From Saccostrea echinata (lineage: Eukaryota), in contig NW_026889772.1 in the NCBI RefSeq assembly GCF_033153115.1, forward strand, positions 4,216,001-4,280,000: a stretch of DNA of 64,000 nucleotides. The letters run 5' to 3'. This document shows positions 50,101 through 62,000 of this stretch, piece by piece (within the stretch, counting starts at the first letter, position 1; each line of letters begins with the position of its first letter). Made by a program: the position numbers and the translations under genes. The notes beneath the pieces are model-generated. The model saw nothing but the letters and a program-made list of their open reading frames with translations, ran no database searches and was not told the DNA's origin.

Positions 50101-53100
50101 CAGGCGATGGGTCAAACATGAAAAAGAAGACCTTGACACTTTGTCAGAATGGATTAAAAGTATCAGATGGATGTTTAAATCTCGCATTAATCGATTGAGG
50201 GGCAAATATGAAAACAATCTATCTTTCTGTCCTAATAATTCAGAAGTGAAAAAAGAATTAGATATATTACACGATCAGTATGTACTGGTCCCAGCTGACA
50301 ATGCAGGTAACAACATTATCTTTGTTTGGCTCATTATTTGATTTGTACTTTAGAGGAACTGGGATTTAATTCTGCAAGCGGCAATCCAACTTATACCCAT
50401 AGTTCCCTTTCTAAGGAGGAAATTCTTCAAAATCATATGTAAGTTTTAAATATTTTTAATATTCCTAACAATCAAAATGAAATTTGAATTACCATGCCTA
50501 CACTGGATTCCTAAACTTTATACAAATCCTTACAAGCAAAAATACTTAGCGGTAAATGTTCTACCAAGCCTCTTTCTTTACTCCTCACTAAAATATTGAC
50601 AGCATTGAATGAAAAACTTCAAGAGTACTGTACAACGATATATTCGAGAAGTGGTGCATGCGGATACTTAAAATCTCCAAGGAACTTTAAAAAAAAAAAA
50701 AATACCAAAATCCATAACATCAAAACGTACGACTTTTATTAATCACATTATGGAACTATTCCTCACGATGAAGTCCAGGCTTTATAACATAATAGCTGCC
50801 TTTTCTATAAAAATAGAACTCGTAATTTTACTAACCTTGTAATTGGTCATTTGCAAAAGCAAGATTACTTTGTTAAAAACATTCTGATTGTACACACAAG
50901 TACACACGAGTACACTAAGTTAAAAGATGGTTGAGTTTGTGATTGACAATATCTATGTGGTTTACTGAGATCAGGTCTTTCAACATTCGGTCGGAATTCC
51001 CTTCGGTACAACTGCGCCCTGTTATTAGCAAACCTATTTTTGTATTCATATGAAGCAGAATTTGCTTAAAAATTTCTACAAAAGAATAAGAAAAACACCT
51101 CTTGTGACCTTAAAAATTGATCTCGACATTTACATATATCGGGGACGTATCATTAATTAGCAATAGTTACTTCCATTCCAATGTCGACTTGATATATCCC
51201 AGTGAACTTGAAATAAAAGATACCACAGAGTCTAATACATCTGTTTCATTTTTGGATATTTTACTAAAAAAAGACGTTATGGATAACCTAACAACAAACT
51301 TTAATGATAAACGTGATGACTTCAACTTTTCTATTGTCAACTTTCCATACTTATGTAGCAATATACCCTTATCACCTTCATATGGGATTTATATTTCCCA
51401 GTTGATTCGATGCGCAAGAGCATGCTCCATGTGCGAACTATCTCTAAAACAAGGCAAGCTATTGATAAACAAGTTGATGAAACAAGGATATCAAAAGTCT
51501 TGGTTAAAGTCATCATTTCGCAAGTTCTATGGTCAATATAATGACTTTGTCAGCAATTGCAATCTATCATCAAGTCAAATGCTGAATGACATTTTTCATT
51601 CTAATTGTTATGCCATTATTTAAGGGGATGAAGGACACTTGGTCTCATGACTCAGTTTAACAACGTCATAGTCTCTAATAATACAAGTGCAATACCTGAT
51701 ATAAATCATCAGTAATTGTAAAAAGAATTTGACAATTTGTTTTGCTTCAGCATCTTATATAAAAATATTAAAAAGTTTAAACTTTTTTTGTAAAATATTG
51801 ATAAACTACAGGAAAAATTGACCCACTCTTTTGTTTCCCTACACTGTGCGTCCAACAAGTCAGTGACGTCATACACGATCATACTCGGTGAATACACGGG
51901 CAGTATTATTACATAAAAACGGGTCAAAATCAGCACATGGTAGGGTATTTTGTAAATTAGAGGACACTAAATATATTTTTACACTGTTTTTGACAGAAAT
52001 CTTTTGCAGGTATGTCTTATTTCACTTATTTAGCTTACGTGTGCCGTCATAGTTGGTTTTTCCCGTACTCGAGAAATGTAAACATGACATGTTTGGAATG
52101 CCGTGTGTAGTGTCAAATAAATAGAGGTTTTTTATGAGATACAAGAATTGAAAACTTAAGATATGATTTTAGCTATCGTGTAAGAATGATGGTGGTAAGT
52201 ATGATTAAATCTTACATGCATATTGTAGGTGTCAAATGATAATAGAAATCATGTACGAATGTATCAAATAATAACAGTGTTCATGTAATATTATGTCTCC
52301 AATTAATGAAATACATGTAACTATGTATTGCAACTATGTACATTTCTAATAATAATAGTGTAATTGTAAGACTTTGTCAAATGATAATTATATTTACCAT
52401 GTGTGCTCGTGACACATTATAATAGTCATCATAAGACTGCAAGTATATACCAACTGTAGAAGTGATCGTGTAAGTTTTTGACGATAATCATGTCAGATTG
52501 TACATCTTCAAAAACGATTGACATCAACATGTAAGGTTTGTATCAAATAAAAAGTATTACTAGTGTAAGATTGTGTCAATAAAGTGTAAACCAATTAATC
52601 ATTCCTGTGTTTCAAATCACAGCCATAGAATAAATGAATATTCCATATTCCTTTACAAATGCTTTTTGGTTAAAAATTTTTCTTACCGTTGTTTCGTATT
52701 TTCCCGGGTACTCTAGTACACAGATTCACAAAATGTAACGCAGTTTGCGGCCAGTAAATGGTATTTTGGGTTTTAATGTTGATCGGTGACTGGAATTTCC
52801 CTTCACAATCATGCCAACATGGCGTCACCAGATGCCACTGTGTAGGCCCTGTAAAGTATTAGAGATCATTCCTGGTTTTGTTTTGGAAGAAATTATTTGT
52901 ATGTACAATTACTTCATGGCCTGTTTTCACACCTGTGTTTAAACCAGCAGGATTGTTCATAAGAAATCTAAAGAAACATTTCGTGGTAACACACATTGTT
53001 ATCTAAGGCAAGCTTAAAGGAAATTTGATTTCTCTGAAAATGTGTTTTTGTCTGCTTTTTACAAGTCTGTTTCTAGGACCTCAAAGAACCTTGAATCATA

Positions 53101-53415
53101 GTTGATGCATGAAATGAAAATTGTTGCACGAAAAAAATTCAGTTTCAAGCTTCATTTTGAGGCTTTTTCAATTAGATAGTATTTATAAGAGTTATTGTTC
53201 TTGGCATCTTAATTCCAACTTTGATAAAAATATGAAAATTCATAGGAAACTTTACCATGACATCCAAAGGGATTATAACTGAAATGAGCTGATTTACAAT
53301 CCTCCTCAAAACAGAGACCGAATGCTTGTCTGTCTCTAGAGTACAAAGAGGTCGCGGAGGAAGACGGCACAAGAGGCAGCAGCAGACGTAAAACTACCCA
53401 GCAGAAAATCACCAT
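41950..53415 (-). CDS. Nacrein-like secreted alpha-carbonic anhydrase, ~388 aa. Exons: 53415-53256, 52848-52687, 48205-48042, 46897-46805, 44678-44571, 44510-44351, 43836-43676, 42108-41950
   Basis: Motifs: signal peptide MVIFCWVVLRLLLPLVPSSSA; HFSY..GP.QW; QSPINI; NNGHS; IHFHIG...GSEHSIDG..YPMEAH (three Zn-binding His); DGLVVIGIMVE; YHGSLTTPPC; RRPTQ. GT-AG, phase-consistent, 1167 nt. The boundaries of exons 5-6 are the least certain. Confidence 0.88.
42365..43030 (-). mobile_element. Degenerate Naiad-type PLE 3' fragment in the last CA intron
   Basis: RT remnant (YPFELE.K.TTESDT) plus the family 3' motif. Confidence 0.8.
44094..44174. repeat. Compound (GA)n(GT)n microsatellite
   Basis: Directly visible. 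Confidence 0.97.
44778..46593. mobile_element. hAT-like non-autonomous element
   Basis: Ends TAAGGATGTCAA ... TTGACATCCCTA with subterminal tcgactattcg repeats. The flanking 8-mers ctttttat and gttttaat are an imperfect TSD. Confidence 0.55.
46960..47957. mobile_element. Tc1/mariner-type MITE with long imperfect inverted arms and TA TSD
   Basis: TA|CGAGGGTT..AAAAGTCATGTCACAACTGATATAAAATC ... GATTTTATAGCAGTTGTGACATTACTTTT..AACCCTCG|TA. Confidence 0.8.
47805..47848 (+). ncRNA. Degenerate minimal type I hammerhead ribozyme within a probable Penelope-like pLTR fragment (~47570-47875)
   Basis: GCATCA-CCGAAGA-GACataatttcTC-GAAA-TGCGCA-TC-TGGTGC. Stem I is intact, the core CUGANGA carries a U>C change, and stem III is short and palindromic. 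Confidence 0.65.
48750..49230 (+). mobile_element. Highly degenerate Naiad-type PLE RT fragment
   Basis: ggaattcccatggg...tgtattcatatggagcagaattt...atatcgacgat...tatcccactgaactcgaaataaaa. Confidence 0.7.
49560..51622 (+). mobile_element. Degenerate long Naiad-type PLE copy (RT pseudogene)
   Basis: Collinear with ~4473-6478. ORF remnants 50087-50341 and 51117-51623 match the RT. Confidence 0.9.
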
Positions 53416-53749
53416 TCCAACATTAGAAAGCTGCAAGTTATCTTGCAATGGCCACGTCAGAAGTACTAGAACGGAACACTGGACACTGACGGCTTGAAAT
53501 TGACTTACGACATATGTTACATTTATGTTAACTGATCAGCCAATGAAAGGAAATATAGAAATATCTGCATAAACATATGTTGTACAAAGCACTTGTTTCT
53601 TCATGCTTTATACGATTAAAGGATTATACAAACTGTTTTTCTTCTATGATGAAGCTTTCATGTTGTATCAGTCATATTTTCAGGATTTTAACCTCGTATT
53701 TGAATTAACGTCGATACTATTTTCATAAGGAACTTCATGTTGAAAAATT

Positions 53750-54275
53750 TGAAGATAAACATGGATGAATCTCATATATAAATCCTTCAAATATTACGAA
53801 TCGTGAACAGGGCAAAAAGACGGACCCCTGAAGACAACGGAGGTGCGATCTGGTGCCCAAGAGGAGTAAGCACTTCTTATCAACAGGTCACACCTGCCGT
53901 GTATCTTTTGTAGTGATCTGGTGAATTGATTTATCCCCAGTCAAAATTTGTGTTAAAACAATGGCCTTACAATATGCATGAAATATGTAAGTCAAAATAA
54001 GGCTCAATGATAGGTTTTTTTTTTAAACAGGGTCATTATATCGATCATAGAATTTGCTAAATGCTGATTTTAAAGAGATTGTTGAAAGCCCTGTAACACC
54101 AACTTATTTATCGATAGCCAGTCTCGATTTAAAAATTGGTCATACTCAGATCGTTATCAGTTGGGAAACATAAACAACATACGCAGAAGATATTTGAATA
54201 TTACTGCATAATGTGGGAAGTTGATGTTGGAAAAGCAAATTTCATCACATTTGTTATTCTGTTGTCCATCAACCA
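53750..54275 (-). mobile_element. Diverged Naiad-type PLE 3' end (different subfamily)
   Basis: gatctggtgcccaagaggagtaagcac...ggtcacacctgccgtg, plus an FSNINFPH...YVVYVSQLI remnant. Confidence 0.65.
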
Positions 54276-54480
54276 ATGGCTGCAATAATGCATTAAAAAT
54301 ACGTAACCGTATAGTGCATGGAATATAGAACATCGAAAATGCATATTTTGTCAATTACTAGATGCACACACTAACAGGACTTTACAATTCTAAAGGTGTT
54401 TCAAGGTACATGTGTAGAAATATATTTGTATTGTTTGTGCTTATCATGTTTAGGCACCGAAAGTCATGTTTATAGAATGA

Positions 54481-55255
54481 TTTTTATGTCCCCGTATTCA
54501 AAGATTTGGGGACATGTCTGTCTCTTTGTCCGCAAAACATTGAACAGTTGGTGCTAGGGCTTTCATATTCAATATACATGTGTATTTCCAGTGACAAGAC
54601 CTTTCTTTGGATACCGTCATGAGCTTAACCTTGGAGTTTGATCTACTTTTGAAAATTTTTTAACCTTGGTCATAACTTTTGAATGGTTGGCGCTACAGCT
54701 TTCATATTTCACTTACATATTTCTTGTGATAAGACCTGTTTTAATTACTATCATTTTTGACCTGAAGACCTTGACATTGGAGTTTGACTTTGTTTTGGAA
54801 AACTTTAACCTTTAATGGTTGGTGCCAGAGCTTTCGGGATTCATGTGTATTTCCTATGACAACACCTTTCTTTGGGTTTCAACATTTTATGACCTCGAGA
54901 CTTACTTTTGAAAAATTTAAACCTTGGCCATATTTGATGGGTTGGTGCTAGGGTTTCACGTGTGTGTTCCTTGTGACAATGCCTTTCTTTTGATACCACT
55001 ATTTTTTACCTCATGATCTAGACTTGAAGTCTTATCTACATTTGAAAAACTTAAACCTAAGGCATAATTTTAATGGGTCGGTGCGGTGCTAGGCTTTCAT
55101 GTTTCATATGTGTGTTCCTTGTGACCAGACGTCTCTTTTGTTACCAACATTTTTGGTCCATGACTTTGATCCTGACATTTAACCTACTTTTGATAGACCT
55201 TGGCATGAGTAACGTTGCCATAAGGGGGCATTAGTATTTTAAAATTACATCTTGT
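54481..55255 (+). mobile_element. Helentron/MITE-like element with ~5 degenerate ~140-150-bp tandem units
   Basis: 5' palindrome atgtccccg...ggggacat. The unit ttggtgctagggctttcat...cttgtgacaagacctttc...ccttggagtttga is repeated, and the 3' end has gggggcat. Confidence 0.6.
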
Positions 55256-58200
55256 TTTACTATAATTACAGTAGAAATGACAAAGGGTCTAAACCCAAGT
55301 TGTTTCTCAAATTTACAAAAACGGCATTTAACACAAAACAAAAGTCAAAGACTCGTAAAGTACAAACATCAGAAAGGAAGAAAAATGAACAATTGAAGAT
55401 CAGAGTGCTAAGAAATATACATGTATAAAACGAGTCTCATAGCACGTACTTGGATTCATACCTCTAATTATTTTTAAAATCTTTAGGGGAAGAAAGTAAT
55501 GCACTAAAACAAAATAGTTTCTGAACTTGCAAACAGTCTGTACTAAAAATCCTTGATATATAAAAAAAAGAAGAGAAAATTCCACGTTCAAAACCATTTT
55601 CAGTTTTGTTTCTCTTTGACAGGAAAAGAATTGAATTGTTTGATATGTGCATATCCTGAATTCTGGAAATTTTTACTTTCATTTTCAGATGTTTCTGTGA
55701 ACACGTGCGTTTTGCCGGAAAACGAATATGTCGTGCCATCTCGAGAATTTAACCAGTCAGAGAGAATATGACATGCTTTCATATGAGGGATGTTCCATCC
55801 TTCTACAAAAATTAAGGGGAATGCATTTCCTATGGGAAATGTATTAGTGAACTGTTTACCCACTTGCCTACCGTACGCTCAATTAAAAAGCTGGAGTAAG
55901 TTATAGTTTTCGCGTTCTTTAATGAAACTTGCTTAATACATGTATAGTTCTGAGTAATCTTCAAATTTCCTGTTCATACTATTTATTTTTCTTCCATTTT
56001 AAACGTCCATACATAACTCGCTATTGTATGAGACCTGAATTAGCAGGTACTTGTATAGTGAGAACTCATTTCTTGAGAAAGCAAAGGTTTTACTCATCGG
56101 TTGACTGAACTGAGTAGTAGATTTTGAGCATTAAATAACATTTAAGTTCATATTTTAAAAGGAAAGACTTTCATATTTTGTAAAAATTTCCTCATTACAA
56201 ATATTGTATGCATGAATTTCGGAACTGTAAGTTTTATACGTTTTATTTAGCTGACTTATAACAAACTTTAATTGTAATATCCAACAGGAAATGTAGTAAT
56301 TTTAGAAAGCATTTGTTAAATCATCACATGACTTTTTATTGAACATATATGAACAATACATTAAAATATAAATAAACTGAGAAAAATTTTAAACAAAACA
56401 AGTATAATTTTAATAAACACGTAAATGTGAGCAAAAATAAAAGTCAGAAATACTGAATGGTTCTGGTATAAATTCTCCATTCTTAAAACGGAGACCGGAA
56501 GTGACGATATCAATTGGCACCATAGCGGTAGAATCCCTTATATTTAGGAGACACATTCAGTCCCATTTTCCTGGCGACATCTCCTCCCTGATAGGATGGG
56601 GAGGCGGGCTGAACTGGGGGGTCTGCAAGTAGATCATGTCAATTCACGTTAATGTGATACCTTTAGCCAAAGTGTCACGTGATTTATCTGTCATCATTTG
56701 AAAATATTTCTCTTTAATTCTTTTGTCTGATTATAATACTTTTTTTTCTATTTTGATCAGAAGTTAGGATTATTCTGTAAATTCATTGAAGAAAAAGTCA
56801 CTTGAAAATACAAATCTTTACAAACTAGCAAACTAATACAAGTATAATATAATAGCACAAAGGTGCACATCTTTAAATAAATACTGAAGCAACTGCAAGC
56901 TGTGTTATTAGTCCATTATGTAAAGTATTCCTTGCTGTGTTTTTATCTATCTTAGTTTAAGATAAATAGAGAAATTTAAGTAAACAGATGGCGCATGCAA
57001 TTACTGAGCTGTGTATTCCTTCTAAACATCCATCATCTGAATACAAACTTCTTGCATACACCTGATGGGTGCCATTTCATAAAAATAGTTTATATACAGT
57101 AATAAGCGTGAAAAGAAACTTTTCAACTGCCATGCAAATGGATTAGTTTTAACTGTGATTGTAGTTGTTAAAGTGTATCATGTTTTCCAATACATTAAAG
57201 TTACGAAATCTGAGTAAATTTTCTTAGGCGAACTTTTAAGAGACATGTGATTAAAACGACACAGACTAGCACATGCGTCTAGACTTACAAGGCGACTCAA
57301 CAGTAGATGTACCTAATGGTGCGAAGGGGTCAAAATAGGCGCGGGTAGGAGAGAACGAAAGGCGCCTCCCGGGCCCCTCAGGTCGGTACGGATCTTAAAG
57401 AAAAAGAAAGCCATCAGAACAGACAGACAGACTTACAGTTGACGGATTCGCCGACCGGCTTCGTCTCAGGTGATACTTTGTTTTTAATGTGTGGCATCAT
57501 CGGTACTTGTGATGTCAACGCCTGGTTGAAATTTTCTGAATCGTAAACACTAATCAGACCTGAAGTACATTGAATTAGAATATTGGAAAAAAATAAAGCA
57601 CATTCTGTTTGAAATGAAGGTTTACGTAATTCAATGATTTCTGTAACAATTTTTGTAACTATTCAAAGCATATAAAAATAATTGACCTTCTACATTAAAA
57701 CAAGCATGTTTTAGACTTAACACCTAAGGATATCCGCTCCTCCGTCAGGTAGGATAACTCTTACATCTATTATTTAATCTAAAAAGTCTAAAAATGAAGC
57801 TTGAAATTGAAATATTTCGTGCAGCAATTTTCATTTAATGCATCTCAATATGATTCAAGGTACTTTGAAGACTTAGAAACGGTCTTGTCAAATGTTGAAC
57901 ATCTGTACTTCATAAAAGAAAAAAATAAAATCATTTTTAGAGAAATCGAATTTCCTTTAAGCTAGCATGAGGTACCAATGCTTATTAGCATGATATGAAA
58001 TTAGACGTGATGTGTGATATCTAGCAATGATAGCACAAGCTTTTTACACTAAGTATTATATAACAATTGAAGTAAATAGAAGAACTAATATACTGTATAA
58101 GCATTAAGAATGCAATTTTCTCCAAATGTCTGGATGCCTACATTTTTTATCCTAAAATATATTTGTTGATCAATTTTCAATTAGAAAATACATAGCTGGT

Positions 58201-58925
58201 GCTTTTATTCGCAATTCCTGAAAAGATTTTTGATATTTGATAATTTTCCCTATATAATATGATTTACTGTAAAGATAAACTTTGAAGAAATACCATGGGG
58301 AAATTCACAGTACTCTGTGAAATCAGAGACAATTTTGTTATTTTTTTACTTAAAAGCTAATTTTCAGAACCTGAGGATCGGACTACCTTAAATTATTTTC
58401 TTTTTGTTTATTAACATGATTTATACCATCAACATAGACAACTCGACTTCCTCCGTGCCCTAGAACTTCCTTTATGTGTCTCCAACTCCCTCCAATTCTC
58501 CCTTGCCTTTGCCTGGATGGAACAAATACGCTTAAAATTAAACATTTAAAATTGGACGAAAAATCAATGCAAGAACCTACACGAAGTATAAAATTACCTT
58601 GGATTTCCAGGGTTTGGGTATCTGTAGGCGATTTTGTTGGTTAAATTACTGAAGGCTTTCTTGAACTGTAAATCATGTTCTTTTTGTTCGCTCTAGAAAA
58701 GAATATTTTAAAATATTTACATTTCCAAGTATTTTTCCTTAAGATTCTTTGCAAATTAGAAGATTACAAGTTCATTTCCTCATGAACTACCATGAGCATG
58801 AATATCTCCATTGTTACGTCATAATACCTTACTTGACGTCAAAACTATAGTGCAAACTGTTTTGCTTGAAAAATGACAGTTGAATGGCGTAACTTATGGA
58901 TTCTAGTCAGAAAAATAATGTAAAT

Positions 58926-59084
58926 ATAAGAAATGAATTTAATTTTTGAAAATTCATGAGGTACATGAACTACAACGCTTCACGCCGGCATATGAAGCGC
59001 TAACGCGCTTCATGAAATATGCCGGCGTGAAGCGTCCTAGTTCATGTCCTCATGAATCTTCAAAAATTAAACTCTTTTCTTAAT
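58926..59084. repeat. ~160-bp foldback palindrome
   Basis: tttaatttttgaa.attcatgagg.acatgaacta..acgcttcacgccggcatat / atatgccggcgtgaagcgt..tagttcatgt.cctcatgaat.ttcaaaaattaaa. Confidence 0.9.
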
Positions 59085-62000
59085 AAAACAATATATCTTT
59101 GATTTAGGTTTTGGGATAAAAAAAATCTTTGATAGGCAGAAATAAAAAAAAATCAATCTCTGTGCAAACTTACACGTGTAAACCACACACCTTCACCGCC
59201 TTCTAAACGTGGACTGGACGCATACCAAAGCATTCTCGTCAGTTTCTAAATTTCTAAATTAATGACGTCATAATTGCTTGCGAATTGGGGTCACTGGATA
59301 TTTAATTATGACGTCACCGTCTACTTTTTTTTTTTAAATAAAATATTCTTTACCATGTTTACCTGGCCCGAAGACCATAACTTAAGTTAAATTGGTAAAA
59401 CTATTGAAATAATTTTGAAAATGAAACAAAAATTTCACTGCATATGTTTGTATTTGTATTTCATATTAACATGCAAGTTTTAAAATATTTTTGTTAAATA
59501 AAACTCAAGATTTTAAAAATAAAAATTTTGACGCAAGTCTGTTCTCAGGTTATGGTCTTTGGCCCTTATTCGTATCTAGGAGAGACAACTCATAGACTGA
59601 CCTTTTTTAAATTATGCCAGTTATTATCTGACATTGTGACAGGAACCCCATTCCGGGAAACTTTCATCCAATCGTTCATGTTTCCATATGTTGTCCTAAC
59701 AACGAACAAAAGAATCAATGGTTCAATAAGGTACAAAGGCTTTTAAAGAGGGAATAAACTATGCATTTTATAGCGAAGAAAGATCGTAAATTAGAGTATT
59801 ATACCGATGCAAAGTTAAGTTCTTTTATGCGGAACGAGTGATTTTATTTCAGTGTAGAATAAAGAATTTGTGGAAATAAATAATGAGAAATATCTTAATG
59901 ACACAGAATTAAGTGCTCATTAAGGTGTGCATATTTGGTGGAAATCGCTGTAATATAATTCCCTTATCAACTCTTTCATACATGTACATGTATATGTCAT
60001 TCGCTTATGATTTTGACCACCAACGAAAAAAATCAAGATTTTTAAAGTCTATAGTAAATTACAATTATAAATAGAGTAGTAAACTTCACTACTCCCAAGT
60101 TTGACTGAAATAACACTAGAACTAAACCTCATCACGATTTACAGTTAGATTAATTTAAAGAAACTGATTATATACATACTTTCAATCAAATCCATATGGG
60201 ATTGTTTCTAAAATCTGTATACAATGCATGCCAACTCTTTTTGAGAAATCTTTAAAGAGCGATTAAAAAGAAGCATTTTTAAAGCTGTAGATTTGTTTTG
60301 CTCCTATAGTGTGTTTGTCCATTTCGAATTTTTATTTTCCCTTCGTAATAAAAGTCAATAAAAGTAATTCAATGTTTTCCATCCTTGGCAATGGGAAGAT
60401 ATTATTTGCAATGTAGAAATGTAGTTGTATTTAAATCAACGTTTCCTTATAATCGAATAAAAAGATTGATGTGTTAGAAATCGGTTTGAAAGTGTATTTA
60501 AGAAGAGGTCAAATTTCCTCAAAACGAATTAAAACTTCATATTTTTTACTCAAGTTTCAAAATCTTTGGTCTAAATAACCGAAAATAATAAGCATTAAAA
60601 GAGTTGCTCGCGTCTTATCTTTTATACCAATCAAACGAGCAAGATTCAATTTCATATATTTAAAAAAAAAATTAGTCTAAAGAAGTTTACAAAATGCTCA
60701 ATAAAACATGGACATTTAGCTTCGACGTCCTTGTCAACAGCATTTTGCAATATGCACGAGTAAATTATTAAGTTCAATGAAATGGTGTTTTACAAAACAT
60801 AAAAGTGCACTCGAAGCGATGATAATACTCATGGCTAACAAAAATTAATTAAAATGTCACCTTTCTCTGCGAACACCAGGCGGCTCAAAGTCACTCCATA
60901 AGTACGCGGGGGTGAAGTTCTGGGCGGAGGCGGGCCTAGGTGGGGCCACGACTGTCGGGGTGGGCTCGCAGTACGTAGGTTGATCGCCGTACATGGTTCA
61001 GACACGGGCAGTGTTGAGTGTTGCTAGACCTTTTTACTCCTACACCTAACAGTTAATCGTCCACCGTGTCAAGTGAATCGCACGACACCCGTTAATCCCA
61101 AAGGTGATTATATCCTGTATCCTTTTTAAATGCCTTTTGTTGGAAAAAAATATCACCGTCTACCGAACTCCACATAGACTGTATATTTAAACTATGGGTA
61201 AATATTTTCTTATCTTAGATGAATTACAGTGTTTGAGATTCGATAACAACGGTACCCCTTGCATGGCCCCGAAAGATTAAATCCCCTACAAACCGTTTTG
61301 TGTGTGCTTAACGACTGCTTTATAGGTATATAGACCGGTAATGTTGTATTGCTAACTAATCAATATCTATTAATGAATTATGCACGTCCCTTAGAGCTTC
61401 GTAACGCAATGATTCAAACTTTCAAAGCCATGTTCGTCGGAAAGGCTTCAAGACAAAGACATTCGCAGTCCACATTTAATACTGAAGATTATGAAACAAA
61501 AAAAAAAATAATAATAAAAGTGCTACAATTTACATTCGTGACAACTTTTTTTCTTTTCTTTTCCTCTACAACATTGAGCCGTCAGGTCTTTTGTTTTCCA
61601 TTCTGCGGGTAATTTTTTTTCGCGCCATTCTGCATTAACCGATATATGGATTGTTTTATTTTTCAAAAAATTTGTAGCAATTTGCCAGACAATTATTTAT
61701 ATTTTCTTAATGAAATTATTGTATACAAATTGAGGAATGAATTTTAAATGTTGTTAAAAATATTTTTATTGCCAAGAATGGAAATTAAAACAAGGAAAGT
61801 GCGAAAGAATAACAAGTTGAAGTGAGCGCAAATAAATACTCAAATTAAAAAGCGTAAAAGAAAACTAGTGATAGGCTAAAAAAAAAGTCTATGATGCATG
61901 GTCAATTCTACTCCACGCCGAAATAGTGATGGCTTCAGATTTAATCTACACTCGTCTGGGAAACAGTGCTTGTATGGATAATATCTGATAATAATACGTA

